From Candidatus Jorgensenbacteria bacterium (GTDB taxonomy: Bacteria > Patescibacteriota > Minisyncoccia > UBA6257 > GWB1-50-10): a stretch of DNA of 64,000 nucleotides. The stretch lies in assembly GCA_030648515.1 (NCBI GenBank), contig JAUSHK010000005.1:162895-226894 (forward strand), in the 5' to 3' direction. The notes below the pieces were generated by a model. It was not told the DNA's origin and searched no databases. It saw only the letters and a program-made list of their open reading frames with translations. Within the stretch, counting starts at the first letter, position 1, and the number at the start of each line of letters is the position of its first letter. This document shows, piece after piece, positions 38,353 through 47,326 of the stretch. Both the position numbers and the translations under genes were made by a program.

Positions 38353-38892
38353 TTATTTCAATTTATTAACAATGAGCGTTCCACCCACTTTATCTCGTCC
38401 AACGCACGAATCGCGGCAAAAGAATTCATATTGGCCGTAGGAAGCAGCGCTAAATTGCAGGCGACCAGTTTCTCCTTTTAATACCTTCCTGTATGAGCCG
38501 GTGTCCGGCAAGAAAAAGTCGTAAGCATTGTCAATCGCTTTTATTCTTAAATCCACTGTATCGCCCTCGTTTACAACAATCACCGACGGCACGTATTTAT
38601 TATTATTCCCTTGGATTTCAAATACGCGAAAAGCGTACGAGCCTTGTTTGTTCACGCTAATTGGCACAGCAACTCCAGTGGGTGTTGATGTCGCGCCATC
38701 CGGAGTTTCTATGTCTATAGAAAGTTTTTCCCTTGTGCCTCCCTGCACGCTTGGAAGCGCGTCTGAATTCCACGGGCGGAACCCATCAAGCTTGCGCGTT
38801 GATTTTTCATAATAACTCCAGCTGAAATAGCCGGCTATAAGCAGGACTATTAAAAGCCCTATAATTAGATCGCGTTTGACGTTAGAGTCCAT
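38353..38892 (-). CDS. membrane-anchored cupredoxin-fold paralog (Cu ligands absent; CxxxC present)
   Basis: N-terminal TM helix, then a beta-sandwich domain ending YEFFCRDSCVGRDKVGGTLIVNK. Paralogous to 40448, 41037 and 46657. Confidence 0.45.
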   Translation of the reverse strand: MDSNVKRDLIIGLLIVLLIAGYFSWSYYEKSTRKLDGFRPWNSDALPSVQGGTREKLSIDIETPDGATSTPTGVAVPISVNKQGSYAFRVFEIQGNNNKYVPSVIVVNEGDTVDLRIKAIDNAYDFFLPDTGSYRKVLKGETGRLQFSAASYGQYEFFCRDSCVGRDKVGGTLIVNKLK

Positions 38893-38923
38893 TCTAATTT
38901 AGTTTTATTATATCAAACCGGCT

Positions 38924-40441
38924 TTATAAAAAACTTACTTTGTAATCAAGACGCAGGCGGTCAAGAAACGGCGTGGTTTCTGTGTCGCTGTCAGGAGTGA
39001 ATCGCGCGCGCCACAAAAGCCGGCTTCTGTTTTCTCCGCTAAAACTAACGTCTTGATTAAGCGTGGCAGGCACCCATGTTACGCCATCACTTGAAAGCGC
39101 AAACTCAACTTTCCCTCCTGAAGTAGAAAAATCTAGTTCTGAAATTTTTGCGCTTCGTACTTCAGCCGGATAGTTGTTGATATTCGCCGATGTTACTTCA
39201 CGCGATTTGCTTTTATCAAAGCCGTCGTCTTTTATCTCCCAAAATTCTGTATTCAGCGCATTGCCAGTTTTCGCGCGTAAAACCACCTCGCCTTTTTGAG
39301 TTGCCTCAATATTAAACGAGGCATTTGAAGCGTTCCGTAATGGCCCAACGAGAGACGTGAGGTCGGCTATGCCTTGGATTTCTCTGGTTTTATTTTGAAA
39401 TAGTTTTATAAGTTTTGGATTGCCGGACGTGAGGCTGAAAATATACCACGCAGTAGATTCCGAATCGTTCCCGACTTGCGTACGCAGAACAACTGGCTGA
39501 AAACCATCATCCATAAGTCGCGAGTGAAAGAAGTATGAAAGATCTGTTGGTGTTTCGCCCCCACGAATTCGATACGCGATGCCTTCATACGCGCCATACA
39601 TCGCAATCCAATCATTGTCGTTCCCGCCGAAACCAAGCGTCCCTGGGTACTGTGAAACAAAAGGATTCCCCTCCCCGCCAAACACCTTACTGAAATTCTT
39701 GCCGTCAAAGTAAAATGCCCATCCCTCATATGTTCCATCATTGCGCCGAGTCACTGCGCCAAGCAAAAGCAACGCATCTAAGTTCCCGACGGAAATATTT
39801 ACTAGCTGTTTTCCTTGTAAGTCTGCTGGAAGCGAAAGCTGGCTACCTTGAAATAAAAGCTCAAAATCGCGCTGGGAAAAACATTTACTGCCCGCGCAAC
39901 GGACGTCCTCTCCATTCGACCCGCGTTCAACGAACCCGTTCGGCTGGCTCAGAGCAGGTCTTCCCGCGAAAGCCGTGATTTTTTGCGCTGATATTACTGT
40001 CGGAAACATAAACGCCGTAGCCGACCTGTCCTGGTGCATTGTCGTTTTTGACTGGTCAATCCATCCGACGCCAGAAAAAAGATCAGTAAAACTTGAGAGC
40101 GTGAGATTTTCTTCTGCTTTCTGTTGAACGGCGAATGGCGATCCTGGCGGAAGCGGCTCTTTGGTGATTACTGGAGCAATACTTGGCTTTGTGCCAAATT
40201 GAATTGATAAAGGCGGTCTTATTCCTGATGGTGCCGTTCCGATTTTCTGCTCCGTTTCAAATGTCCGTAAATTTGTAAGAAGCTGTTTCCCAAGTCCAGC
40301 CTCAAACCATGAGCGGAGCAAACTTGCCCCGCCGATTATAAGCACTGCGAACCCGAGAATAAGAACCATCGTAGTAAATGCAACGCCGACGCCGGAGAAG
40401 ACGCGGCGCAGTGAATCACGGTTTTTAAAAACTCGATTCAT
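38924..40441 (-). CDS. large membrane-anchored extracellular hypothetical protein
   Basis: 505 aa with an N-terminal TM helix and a long extracytoplasmic domain. No recognisable motif. Confidence 0.45.
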   Translation of the reverse strand: MNRVFKNRDSLRRVFSGVGVAFTTMVLILGFAVLIIGGASLLRSWFEAGLGKQLLTNLRTFETEQKIGTAPSGIRPPLSIQFGTKPSIAPVITKEPLPPGSPFAVQQKAEENLTLSSFTDLFSGVGWIDQSKTTMHQDRSATAFMFPTVISAQKITAFAGRPALSQPNGFVERGSNGEDVRCAGSKCFSQRDFELLFQGSQLSLPADLQGKQLVNISVGNLDALLLLGAVTRRNDGTYEGWAFYFDGKNFSKVFGGEGNPFVSQYPGTLGFGGNDNDWIAMYGAYEGIAYRIRGGETPTDLSYFFHSRLMDDGFQPVVLRTQVGNDSESTAWYIFSLTSGNPKLIKLFQNKTREIQGIADLTSLVGPLRNASNASFNIEATQKGEVVLRAKTGNALNTEFWEIKDDGFDKSKSREVTSANINNYPAEVRSAKISELDFSTSGGKVEFALSSDGVTWVPATLNQDVSFSGENRSRLLWRARFTPDSDTETTPFLDRLRLDYKVSFL

Positions 40442-40447
40442 AATCCG

Positions 40448-41026
40448 CTACTGCACCACCATTGTTCCTCTTTCGCTTCCGTGATTTGGAACATCGCAGT
40501 GAAATGTATATGTGCCGCGCGCCGGAGCGTTGAAGGTTATGGCGCGCGTCTCGTTCGGCCCGATTCCCATCGCAACAGCAGAAAGAGACGGATCGTCAAA
40601 TTTAAATACGTGCGTTTTCTCATCGGTTGATGAAATCGCAAGTGTTATTACGTTTCCAGCTGACACGGAGAATGTCGCGGGCAAAAAACCGCCCGTCGAC
40701 ACCGAGAGTTTTATTGCTTTCGAGGGCAGTTGTTTTTCTGAAATAGAATTAGATTGTTGTGGCGCTTCCTGCGTGCCGGGCACTGCGTTTAATTTTACTG
40801 GGGCACCATTTTGCGTCACTACCTTCCCCGTTTCTGAAACCGGGCTGGCCCCAGGCACCAGTGGAACAAGTAAGGTATTTTTTGTTGCTGTTTGTGTCCC
40901 GGAAACAGTTCCGTTGTTTGGAGTTGTTGGCGATTTTGAGTTGCTTCCCCAGACCGCAAAATAAATTATCGCGATAGCGCCTACTACGCCGATTACAATC
41001 CAGGCTTTTGAGTTATTTTCTTCCAT
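40448..41026 (-). CDS. membrane-anchored cupredoxin-like protein with a candidate type-1 copper site
   Basis: TM anchor, STPG-rich linker, then KTHVFKFDD...GTYTFHCDVPNHGSERGTMVV. This is a His...Cys-x4-His-x6-Met pattern in a cupredoxin-like (PF13473-type) domain. Confidence 0.55.
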   Translation of the reverse strand: MEENNSKAWIVIGVVGAIAIIYFAVWGSNSKSPTTPNNGTVSGTQTATKNTLLVPLVPGASPVSETGKVVTQNGAPVKLNAVPGTQEAPQQSNSISEKQLPSKAIKLSVSTGGFLPATFSVSAGNVITLAISSTDEKTHVFKFDDPSLSAVAMGIGPNETRAITFNAPARGTYTFHCDVPNHGSERGTMVVQ

Positions 41027-41036
41027 TCGCTATTTA

Positions 41037-41618
41037 TTATTTTACAGTCATTTTTCCCACAAGACCTTGCGCGGCCTGGCCAGGAACTGCCGAGCGGAAA
41101 TCATATACCCCAGGAGCCGGCGCATTGAAATTGATAACCCTTGATTGGCCGGGCGGCACGCCAACCGTAACTGCCGAGAGTGACGAATCGTCAAATGCAA
41201 AAAGATAACTTTGACCATCAAGCGAAGTGACTGCGAGTGTCACCACGGAGCCCGACCGTACTTCAAATGTTGACGGAGAAAACCCTTTTGATGATGCCGT
41301 GATTTTTATCGCTGTCGGCGGAATGCTTCCTTGTCCGACTACAACTGATTGCTTCGGCGCATCGGCAGAGCCCGGCGCTGCGTTATTTTGTGCGGTTTTA
41401 CCCGATTCAGTGATTACTTCTCCGCCCTTAACCTGACTAATACCCGGCAATGTTGTCCCTGGTGTTGCTATAGGCATTCCCCCTCCAGGCACTACGGTTC
41501 CGCTACTAAGATTATTTCCTGCTGGAGTCCATCGAGTAAAAATAACTAGTGCGAGAACTGCAACGGCGGCAACTACTCCGATTATAATCCATATTATTGT
41601 TGTTTTGTTTTCTTCCAT
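41037..41618 (-). CDS. membrane-anchored cupredoxin-fold paralog (metal ligands lost)
   Basis: Same architecture as 40448. The C-terminus YDFRSAVPGQAAQGLVGKMTVK lacks Cys and His. Confidence 0.5.
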   Translation of the reverse strand: MEENKTTIIWIIIGVVAAVAVLALVIFTRWTPAGNNLSSGTVVPGGGMPIATPGTTLPGISQVKGGEVITESGKTAQNNAAPGSADAPKQSVVVGQGSIPPTAIKITASSKGFSPSTFEVRSGSVVTLAVTSLDGQSYLFAFDDSSLSAVTVGVPPGQSRVINFNAPAPGVYDFRSAVPGQAAQGLVGKMTVK

Positions 41619-41797
41619 AGAATTAACTTATAACTAATAATGTATAACCTATGACCCATGACGATTGCTGTTATTTGTTATTGGTTATTTGTTATACGTT
41701 GCTTTTATTTTTGACCTTTCATTGACGGCCGACGACCTATGACATCCAATGGCCGTAATTAGTTCCTTGTCGTTTGTCATTAGTTATTAGTCATTTG
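41619..41797. repeat. AT-rich intergenic region with several short direct and inverted repeats (candidate promoter/regulator-binding region)
   Basis: ttatttgttat x2, three ATGAC-centred copies (cctatgac, ccatgacg, cctatgacat), and ttgtcattagtta/ttagtcatttgtcac. Confidence 0.45.
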
Positions 41798-44227
41798 TCA
41801 CCTGAATATTACATCACTTCCGAAAATCACGTTACTTCCGAGCGAGATTTCCTGCGATTCGCCCGTTGTGAATGACGTATATGAACCATAACTTGTTCCT
41901 CCGGAATTTGTGGCAAAGGCACGAACATAATACGTTACGCCCGCGGAAAGTTCCGATACTAACAAACTATATTCCCCCGTTCCGTATGACCCGCTTTCGC
42001 TAACTGTCCATGTGTCGTCTTGCGTAAGGCCATATTTGAAACCGCGAGCCGTTGCATTTGCTCCGCCGGTAGCTGTAATATTCCCATTTAATGTTGAGCT
42101 CGATACCCCAATGTTTGTTATACCGCTTGTTGTTATTGTCGGTGCGACTGCTGGAGTTGCAAACGAAACATACGAACCATACGCCGTACCTTGAGCGTTC
42201 GTAGCAAAAGAACGCACATAATAAGTTGTTCCAGGCGAAAGTCCGGTCAAAGAACCCGTGTACGCGCCGGTATCGTAAGTTCCGCTTTCGCTCACTGTCC
42301 ACGTGTCGGTCTCAGTCAAGCCGTATTTGAAACCACGAGTAGTCGGCGACGAACCTCCTATATCCGTTATGTTTCCATTCGCAGTTGCCGTTGTTGAGCT
42401 TACGCTTGATGCCGCTTGCGTTGTCACTACCGGAGATGCTGTAATAGTCGCAAAAGAGACATAGGAGCCATAACCAAAACTAGTAATAGAATATTGGTAA
42501 ACTTTCCCCTGACCAATATCAAGAAGGTACATACTGGTTCCGTCTGGCTTGAAATATGAACTTGTAAGCGTTACAGAAGGACTGTTTGCAAAACTTACAC
42601 TGTCGTAACTCGCAGTTGAAACATCCCATGGAGTAGATAGGGTATATTGATATGAGTTCGCCACGCCATATCCGGCGCTGAACATTTTAGTTCCGTCCGA
42701 ATTAAAGAATACAGCGTCTGAACGGCTTAACTGGCTCCCGACAGAAAAGGACTTACTATCATAACTTGCTGTAGAAACATCCCACGGGGTTGATAAGGAA
42801 TATTGGGTGACAATTTTCGTATCATAAGGGCTTACATACATCTTAGTTCCGTCTGATTTAAAATAAGCGTTAATTGGGGATCCTGAAGCCGTGCTCATAA
42901 ATTTAGTATCATAGGTTGCGCTTGTCACGTCCCAGGCGGAACTTAATGAATATTGGAATACTTTTTGTGCACCGTAATCAGTCACGTACATTTTAGTTCC
43001 GTCACCTTTAAAGAATACTCCAGCTGTAAAATAAGATTGGCCTGCCACGCTATAACTTGAATTATAACTTGCCGTAGAAACATCCCACGGGGTTGATAAT
43101 GTATATTGGCCAACTATATGATAAGTAGCGTCGTATGAAGTAATATACATACTGGTTCCATCTGGCTTGAAAGAAACACCAAACTTGTTATCTTTAGCAT
43201 TCGTTATAGCGTAGTTCACGCTGTCATAACTTGCCGTTGATAGGCTCCAAGGCGTCCCTTTCATAGCAAACGCACGGGAATAGTAAGTAGTACCAGGTGA
43301 AAGCCCGGTTAACGAACCCGTGAACGCCCCCGTTCCAAATGAACCATCTTCGCTTATACTCCACGTGTCTGTTTCCGTGAGGCCGTACTTGAAACCGCGA
43401 GTTGTGGCGTTGGCTCCATTGGTAGCAGTGATGTTGCCGTTCCCAGTCGCAGTTGTCGATCCAACACTGGATGCCGCTTGTGTGGTGACTGTCGGCGCGA
43501 TTGCAAGTGGATAAGCCAAACCATTTCCAGAATTATATAAAGTTGTTACTTCAGTAGAAGTTAAAGCCCTACTCCACACTCCTATTTCATCCATATCTCC
43601 TGAATAAAACCATGCAGTTTCGTCGTAACTTGCTCCAAAAGTAACATCTGCTCCAATATCTATTGAACCAAGCCCTGTTAATTGTGTGCTTTGTATTCCA
43701 TCTAAATAAATATACGCTGTTGCTCCTGAATAAGATAAAACTACATGGTGCCAGGCGTTATCGGTTGGAGTTGCTAAATTACTTTCTTTTACTGTTGCGT
43801 TGTCCAAAAACCCAAGAGTGTTTGCTGCTCTGTTTAAATGAAACATAAATCTTGGCGAATAACTATCAAGTAAAGATCTATATGTTCCGCCCGCTGTTTT
43901 TATCCACATTGAAATTGAATAGGCAGTTCCCAACGATGACAATCCGTTCACTGAAATATAATCATTCCCGCTAAGCGTATACGCCGTCCCTATTTTTCCG
44001 GTAGTGCCGTATGTCATTGTGGCACTGACTGTCCCAGTATTTGCTCCGGCGCTATCCGCCGCGTTTCCGCTTGCTTCGTCAAATTTGTAATAAGAAACCA
44101 AACTATCGGTTAAAGCGGCTGCCTTCGTTGTAAAAATGCCTGCTCCGAAATATGTAAGAATGAGCGCGACGACTGCGAGGACGCTGGTTATTTCGTGCGC
44201 AAGTTTTTTTATTTTAGTTTTATTCAT
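41798..44227 (-). CDS. giant membrane-anchored surface protein with LamG domain, YxLSTPWDVSTASYD repeats and Ig/FN3-like repeats
   Basis: TM anchor, then a LamG region (LVSYYKFDEASGNAADSAG...YIYLDGIQ). Then at least 6 copies of the Q(Y)xLSTPWDVSTASYDS repeat and 3 copies of the TTQAASSVxSTTATxNGNIT...RGFKYGLT repeat. Confidence 0.6.
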   Translation of the reverse strand: MNKTKIKKLAHEITSVLAVVALILTYFGAGIFTTKAAALTDSLVSYYKFDEASGNAADSAGANTGTVSATMTYGTTGKIGTAYTLSGNDYISVNGLSSLGTAYSISMWIKTAGGTYRSLLDSYSPRFMFHLNRAANTLGFLDNATVKESNLATPTDNAWHHVVLSYSGATAYIYLDGIQSTQLTGLGSIDIGADVTFGASYDETAWFYSGDMDEIGVWSRALTSTEVTTLYNSGNGLAYPLAIAPTVTTQAASSVGSTTATGNGNITATNGANATTRGFKYGLTETDTWSISEDGSFGTGAFTGSLTGLSPGTTYYSRAFAMKGTPWSLSTASYDSVNYAITNAKDNKFGVSFKPDGTSMYITSYDATYHIVGQYTLSTPWDVSTASYNSSYSVAGQSYFTAGVFFKGDGTKMYVTDYGAQKVFQYSLSSAWDVTSATYDTKFMSTASGSPINAYFKSDGTKMYVSPYDTKIVTQYSLSTPWDVSTASYDSKSFSVGSQLSRSDAVFFNSDGTKMFSAGYGVANSYQYTLSTPWDVSTASYDSVSFANSPSVTLTSSYFKPDGTSMYLLDIGQGKVYQYSITSFGYGSYVSFATITASPVVTTQAASSVSSTTATANGNITDIGGSSPTTRGFKYGLTETDTWTVSESGTYDTGAYTGSLTGLSPGTTYYVRSFATNAQGTAYGSYVSFATPAVAPTITTSGITNIGVSSSTLNGNITATGGANATARGFKYGLTQDDTWTVSESGSYGTGEYSLLVSELSAGVTYYVRAFATNSGGTSYGSYTSFTTGESQEISLGSNVIFGSDVIFR

Positions 44228-44230
44228 GTT

Positions 44231-46240
44231 TTATTTAATAATAAAGCTTGCTTTTTCATTTTGATCTTTCGCTAATGTGGGCCAATTTTTCCAATCAAAT
44301 CGCTTTCCGACGAGGCGGAAGGAGATGGGAATAGTTTGTAGTGAGTAGTGAGTAGTGAGTAGTTGAGCGGAGAAGATGACTTTGTTGCCGGAGATTGCGT
44401 ATGAAACTGGGGCTGATACTCCGATTGGGGTGGCAAAAACATCAACATTGTCAGCGGAAAAATCCACGGCGTTTTTCCAGACCCACAGGTCCGAGCCCAC
44501 CTCGACTTTAGAAAAGTCGATGACGTGCTCGTAGGAGTTTGTCTCCCTACGGGAGATGTCCCGTAGGGACATAGTTGGGACAAGAGTCGCGCGACCGATA
44601 AATTCTTCACGGACGCCTCCGGCGATTGCCGACGCGTATGTTGAATATTTTTTCCCATCAATTTCATAGAGCGGATCGATAGTCGCCGCAGTGATTTTAT
44701 TTACTCCTACAAGATTATTGTTATTCATATTCAAATTTGTGATCGCCGCGCCGCCGAATGAAAGATTGCCGTTCAGCGACGATGTTCCGGTGACGAGAAA
44801 TGTTCCTTCAACAGAGAGCGTGTTTGTCGGAGTTGTCGTTGCGATGCCGACTGCTCCGGAAGTCGTGAGCGAGTATGGCATCTGCCCCGCATCGGGATCA
44901 AAATAATACGAGGAATCCGCAACGTCGTAATAAACGCCGGCCGAGAGATTGCCGTGGATGATGGCACTTTTTACGAACGATCCTGCCGGGCCGACTTCCA
45001 AGTATTCCGTCGGGGATGTGGTTGCGATACCAACTTTCCATGCCGTGCTTGATGCGTATATCGTGCTTCCGTTGAGCAACCAGAGTCCGGCGCTACCACC
45101 CGAGATAGCAGAGTCAACATAACTTTTCGTTGTGGCATCACTATCGCCTACTGGCGTCCCCACGACTACTGGCTGGGAAAAATACGAAGTGCCATTTACT
45201 TCAAATTTGTATGACGGGGAAGTAGTCGCTATACCGACGTTTCCGCCGTTTGGATTTAATAACAATGGTATTTCTGTCGCGAGATTACTTGAGTCATAAC
45301 CCTGTAGCCATGCCCCATATGGGGATGAAAGAGCTACGCCCATATCTAGAGCACCATTTGTGTTTCCGCTCCAAATACGAAATAACCCATTAGTAGTTGT
45401 TCCGGATGTTGCGGGTCCCACTGCAGCACCTGCAATAATTAATTTTGCATTTGGAAAATTTAATCCACCCCAAGTGTTGACTCCAATAGATGCGCTGCCA
45501 ATAACATCTAATTTATTTACCGGAGTACTGGTACCAATTCCAACATTTCCTGCTGTCGTCGCAAGCGTTGTTGTGCCGGTTATGTTTGTTGTACCAAGCG
45601 TGTAAAATGTCGCCGGCAAATTGCTTGTTGTTGAAGTACCAACAGCTAGACCGAGCGGAAACGCGTAATTTGCAGTTGTAAATGGACCGCCTAAAACATT
45701 CGCGGCGTCAATACTTGAAAGATACGCGCCCGTCCCGCGAAACGCGCCGTTTACTGTGCGTATGTCGCCCCCAACAATTAGCCGTTCATCAACGCCTGTT
45801 GAGGTCGCTTTAATGCCGATTCCAATACTGCCAAACTTATTAATGTCCATAACGACAAATCCTGGTAGGTTATCTGGCGCCCCTGATTCTCGATAAAGCT
45901 GGAGATTGCCAAAATTGCGGGCCGACCAAATATATGAATGGCCCGAGGTAAGGTTCTTTACGCCGACTCCAGGACTTGTTGTTGAAGCTACTATAAACAC
46001 GTACCCGTGCGACGACGAGCCGCTTTCCGTTGAGGTGGTGTTAAAAGTACTAACTGGGGAAGGCGCCGTTGTTCCAAAACCGATATTTAAATTTGAATCA
46101 ACACTAAACAGTCCCCCGCCGGTGCCCGCGGATTGGGTAGGACCGATGAAGGCACGGACAGTTTGTAGTGAGTAGTGAGTAGTGAGTAGTTCGAAAACGA
46201 GAATTACTACTACAAAGAAAGTTCTAGGGAAGTTTTTCAT
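44231..46240 (-). CDS. tail-fibre-repeat surface protein (contains the R repeat at both ends and the H element)
   Basis: Hydrophobic N-terminus, multiple VGIATTSPxxxLEV-type repeats, and a long Gly/Thr/Ser-rich beta-helix-like body. R copies lie at 46161-46192 (codons 17-27) and 44333-44364 (near the C-terminus). H lies at 44518-44555, antisense. Confidence 0.5.
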   Translation of the reverse strand: MKNFPRTFFVVVILVFELLTTHYSLQTVRAFIGPTQSAGTGGGLFSVDSNLNIGFGTTAPSPVSTFNTTSTESGSSSHGYVFIVASTTSPGVGVKNLTSGHSYIWSARNFGNLQLYRESGAPDNLPGFVVMDINKFGSIGIGIKATSTGVDERLIVGGDIRTVNGAFRGTGAYLSSIDAANVLGGPFTTANYAFPLGLAVGTSTTSNLPATFYTLGTTNITGTTTLATTAGNVGIGTSTPVNKLDVIGSASIGVNTWGGLNFPNAKLIIAGAAVGPATSGTTTNGLFRIWSGNTNGALDMGVALSSPYGAWLQGYDSSNLATEIPLLLNPNGGNVGIATTSPSYKFEVNGTSYFSQPVVVGTPVGDSDATTKSYVDSAISGGSAGLWLLNGSTIYASSTAWKVGIATTSPTEYLEVGPAGSFVKSAIIHGNLSAGVYYDVADSSYYFDPDAGQMPYSLTTSGAVGIATTTPTNTLSVEGTFLVTGTSSLNGNLSFGGAAITNLNMNNNNLVGVNKITAATIDPLYEIDGKKYSTYASAIAGGVREEFIGRATLVPTMSLRDISRRETNSYEHVIDFSKVEVGSDLWVWKNAVDFSADNVDVFATPIGVSAPVSYAISGNKVIFSAQLLTTHYSLQTIPISFRLVGKRFDWKNWPTLAKDQNEKASFIIK
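44333..44364. repeat. 32-nt heptamer-array repeat R, copy 2
   Basis: agtttgtagtgagtagtgagtagtgagtagtt is identical to 46161-46192. Confidence 0.9.
44518..44555. repeat. double-hairpin element H, copy 2 (inverted relative to copy 1)
   Basis: gtttgtCTCCCtacGGGAGatGTCCCgtaGGGACatag is the reverse complement of the 11792-11829 architecture. The plus-strand ATG at 44536 opens a 37-codon ORF MSRRDIVGTRV... Confidence 0.85.
46161..46192. repeat. 32-nt heptamer-array repeat R, copy 3
   Basis: Identical to 44333-44364. Lies just inside the 5' end of ORF 44231..46240 and 45 nt downstream of the avd-like gene's stop. Confidence 0.9.
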
Positions 46241-46614
46241 AGACTGTTTACTAATTTATTCAACATTTTCATCACTTCACTTAATAGTTTTTGAGATTCG
46301 CCACAAAATTCGGTATTGTTGCAAAAATTTAGTTGTCTTGCAATTTCAATTTGAGTTTCTAGCTCAGCGCCGGACCCATAAGCGTTTAGTAAAAAATGTC
46401 GAAAATCTTTTCGTGAACTTCTTCTGCTTCCTTCGGCGATGTTTGAAGGTATTGAAACTACGGCTCGCTTCATCTGTATCCCAAGCGCGTATGTTTCCGT
46501 TTGTGGAAATTGATTAACTAATTTGTAAATTGATTTCACTAATTCCATGGATTTATTCCAAACTATTAAATCTTTGTATGAGCTTATTTTATCTGTTGAG
46601 TTTTGTTGTTCCAT
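46237..46614 (-). CDS. four-helix-bundle protein (23S rRNA intervening-sequence protein / Avd-like, TIGR02436 family)
   Basis: YKDLIVWNKSMELVKSIYKLVNQFPQTETYALGIQMKRAVVSIPSNIAEGSRRSSRKDFRHFLLNAYGSGAELETQIEIARQL is the canonical pattern of this family. Confidence 0.8.
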   Translation of the reverse strand: MEQQNSTDKISSYKDLIVWNKSMELVKSIYKLVNQFPQTETYALGIQMKRAVVSIPSNIAEGSRRSSRKDFRHFLLNAYGSGAELETQIEIARQLNFCNNTEFCGESQKLLSEVMKMLNKLVNSL

Positions 46615-46617
46615 TTT

Positions 46618-46648
46618 CTACTCACTACCAACTACAAACTACTCACTG
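46618..46648. repeat. inverted heptamer-array repeat R-prime, copy 2
   Basis: ctactcactaccaactacaaactactcactg lies 4 nt upstream of the avd-like start codon. It is inverted relative to R at 46161-46192. Confidence 0.8.
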
Positions 46649-46656
46649 CTTCATTC

Positions 46657-47181
46657 CTATGGAATGACAATCAGCTGTCCCTGAATCTTTCCTCCCGACG
46701 GGCAGTGATCACGGCACTCGAAGAGAAACGAACCAACTGTGCCGGCTTTAAAACTGATTTGTTTTGTCTCTCCTTTTGGCGCTGTTATGTAAAATCCGAA
46801 ACTTTCCGAAAACATATCGTACGCATTATCCACGGCGGTAAAGTCAATCGTCACAATATTTCCGCGCCCAACAGTGAGCACTGCCGGATCGTAGCCATTT
46901 TTTGTCGCTTTTACTCCGTAAAATCCCTGCCGTTTTGTTTCTCCCGGGTCGGGTTTGATATCGACAGCGGGAGGCGTAAGTGCTGCGTTTTTAGGAACTT
47001 CCGGCGTGAAAGCCGGAATAATTTCCGGCACAGCCGGCCTTTCATTTGTTGATGTCGCCGTTTGCGTAGTTCCGCCTGTCCCCGGCAATGCCGCCTTTTG
47101 GCGCGCAAAAAAACCGGCCGCCGCGATACCAATAATAACAAGTACGAGCGCAACAATAAGCCCGAGATCTTTTTTGCTCAT
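46657..47181 (-). CDS. membrane-anchored cupredoxin-fold paralog
   Basis: TM anchor, TP-rich linker, then TIDFTAVDNAYDMF...SFLFECRDHCPSGGKIQGQLIV. Paralogous to 38353. Confidence 0.5.
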   Translation of the reverse strand: MSKKDLGLIVALVLVIIGIAAAGFFARQKAALPGTGGTTQTATSTNERPAVPEIIPAFTPEVPKNAALTPPAVDIKPDPGETKRQGFYGVKATKNGYDPAVLTVGRGNIVTIDFTAVDNAYDMFSESFGFYITAPKGETKQISFKAGTVGSFLFECRDHCPSGGKIQGQLIVIP

Positions 47182-47326
47182 CTCACCTAGAATTATATCA
47201 AATGGGCGCCCTAACTTTTACTGAGCGTCCAAAATGCGGTCGGGATGCGTTGGTATATAATGAAATAGCAAACAGGAAATCATAGCGGCGGGAAAAAATA
47301 TTATTTATCATTCATAATCCACCCAT

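Noticed and set aside
44536-44672. Plus-strand small ORF MSRRDIVGTRVARPINSSRTPPAIADAYVEYFFPSIS as a real gene
   Set aside because: Antisense to a long ORF, no downstream conservation with the pilin-locus copy beyond the 7 residues supplied by the palindromic element. More likely a by-product of the H element.
37220-46240. Prophage (tail-fibre-like proteins, S74 chaperone domain)
   Set aside because: No capsid, portal, terminase, tail-tube, integrase or lysis genes. All neighbours are membrane-anchored cellular-type surface proteins. Interpreted as domesticated receptor-binding proteins.
44518-46614. Diversity-generating retroelement (Avd-like gene plus two copies of a repeat that could be TR/VR)
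   Set aside because: No reverse transcriptase ORF is present anywhere in the window. The two H copies differ at T, G and A positions alike, not specifically at adenines of one copy. The avd-like gene is followed by a surface-protein gene rather than TR-RT. Kept only as a homology note; an RT elsewhere in the genome would reopen it.
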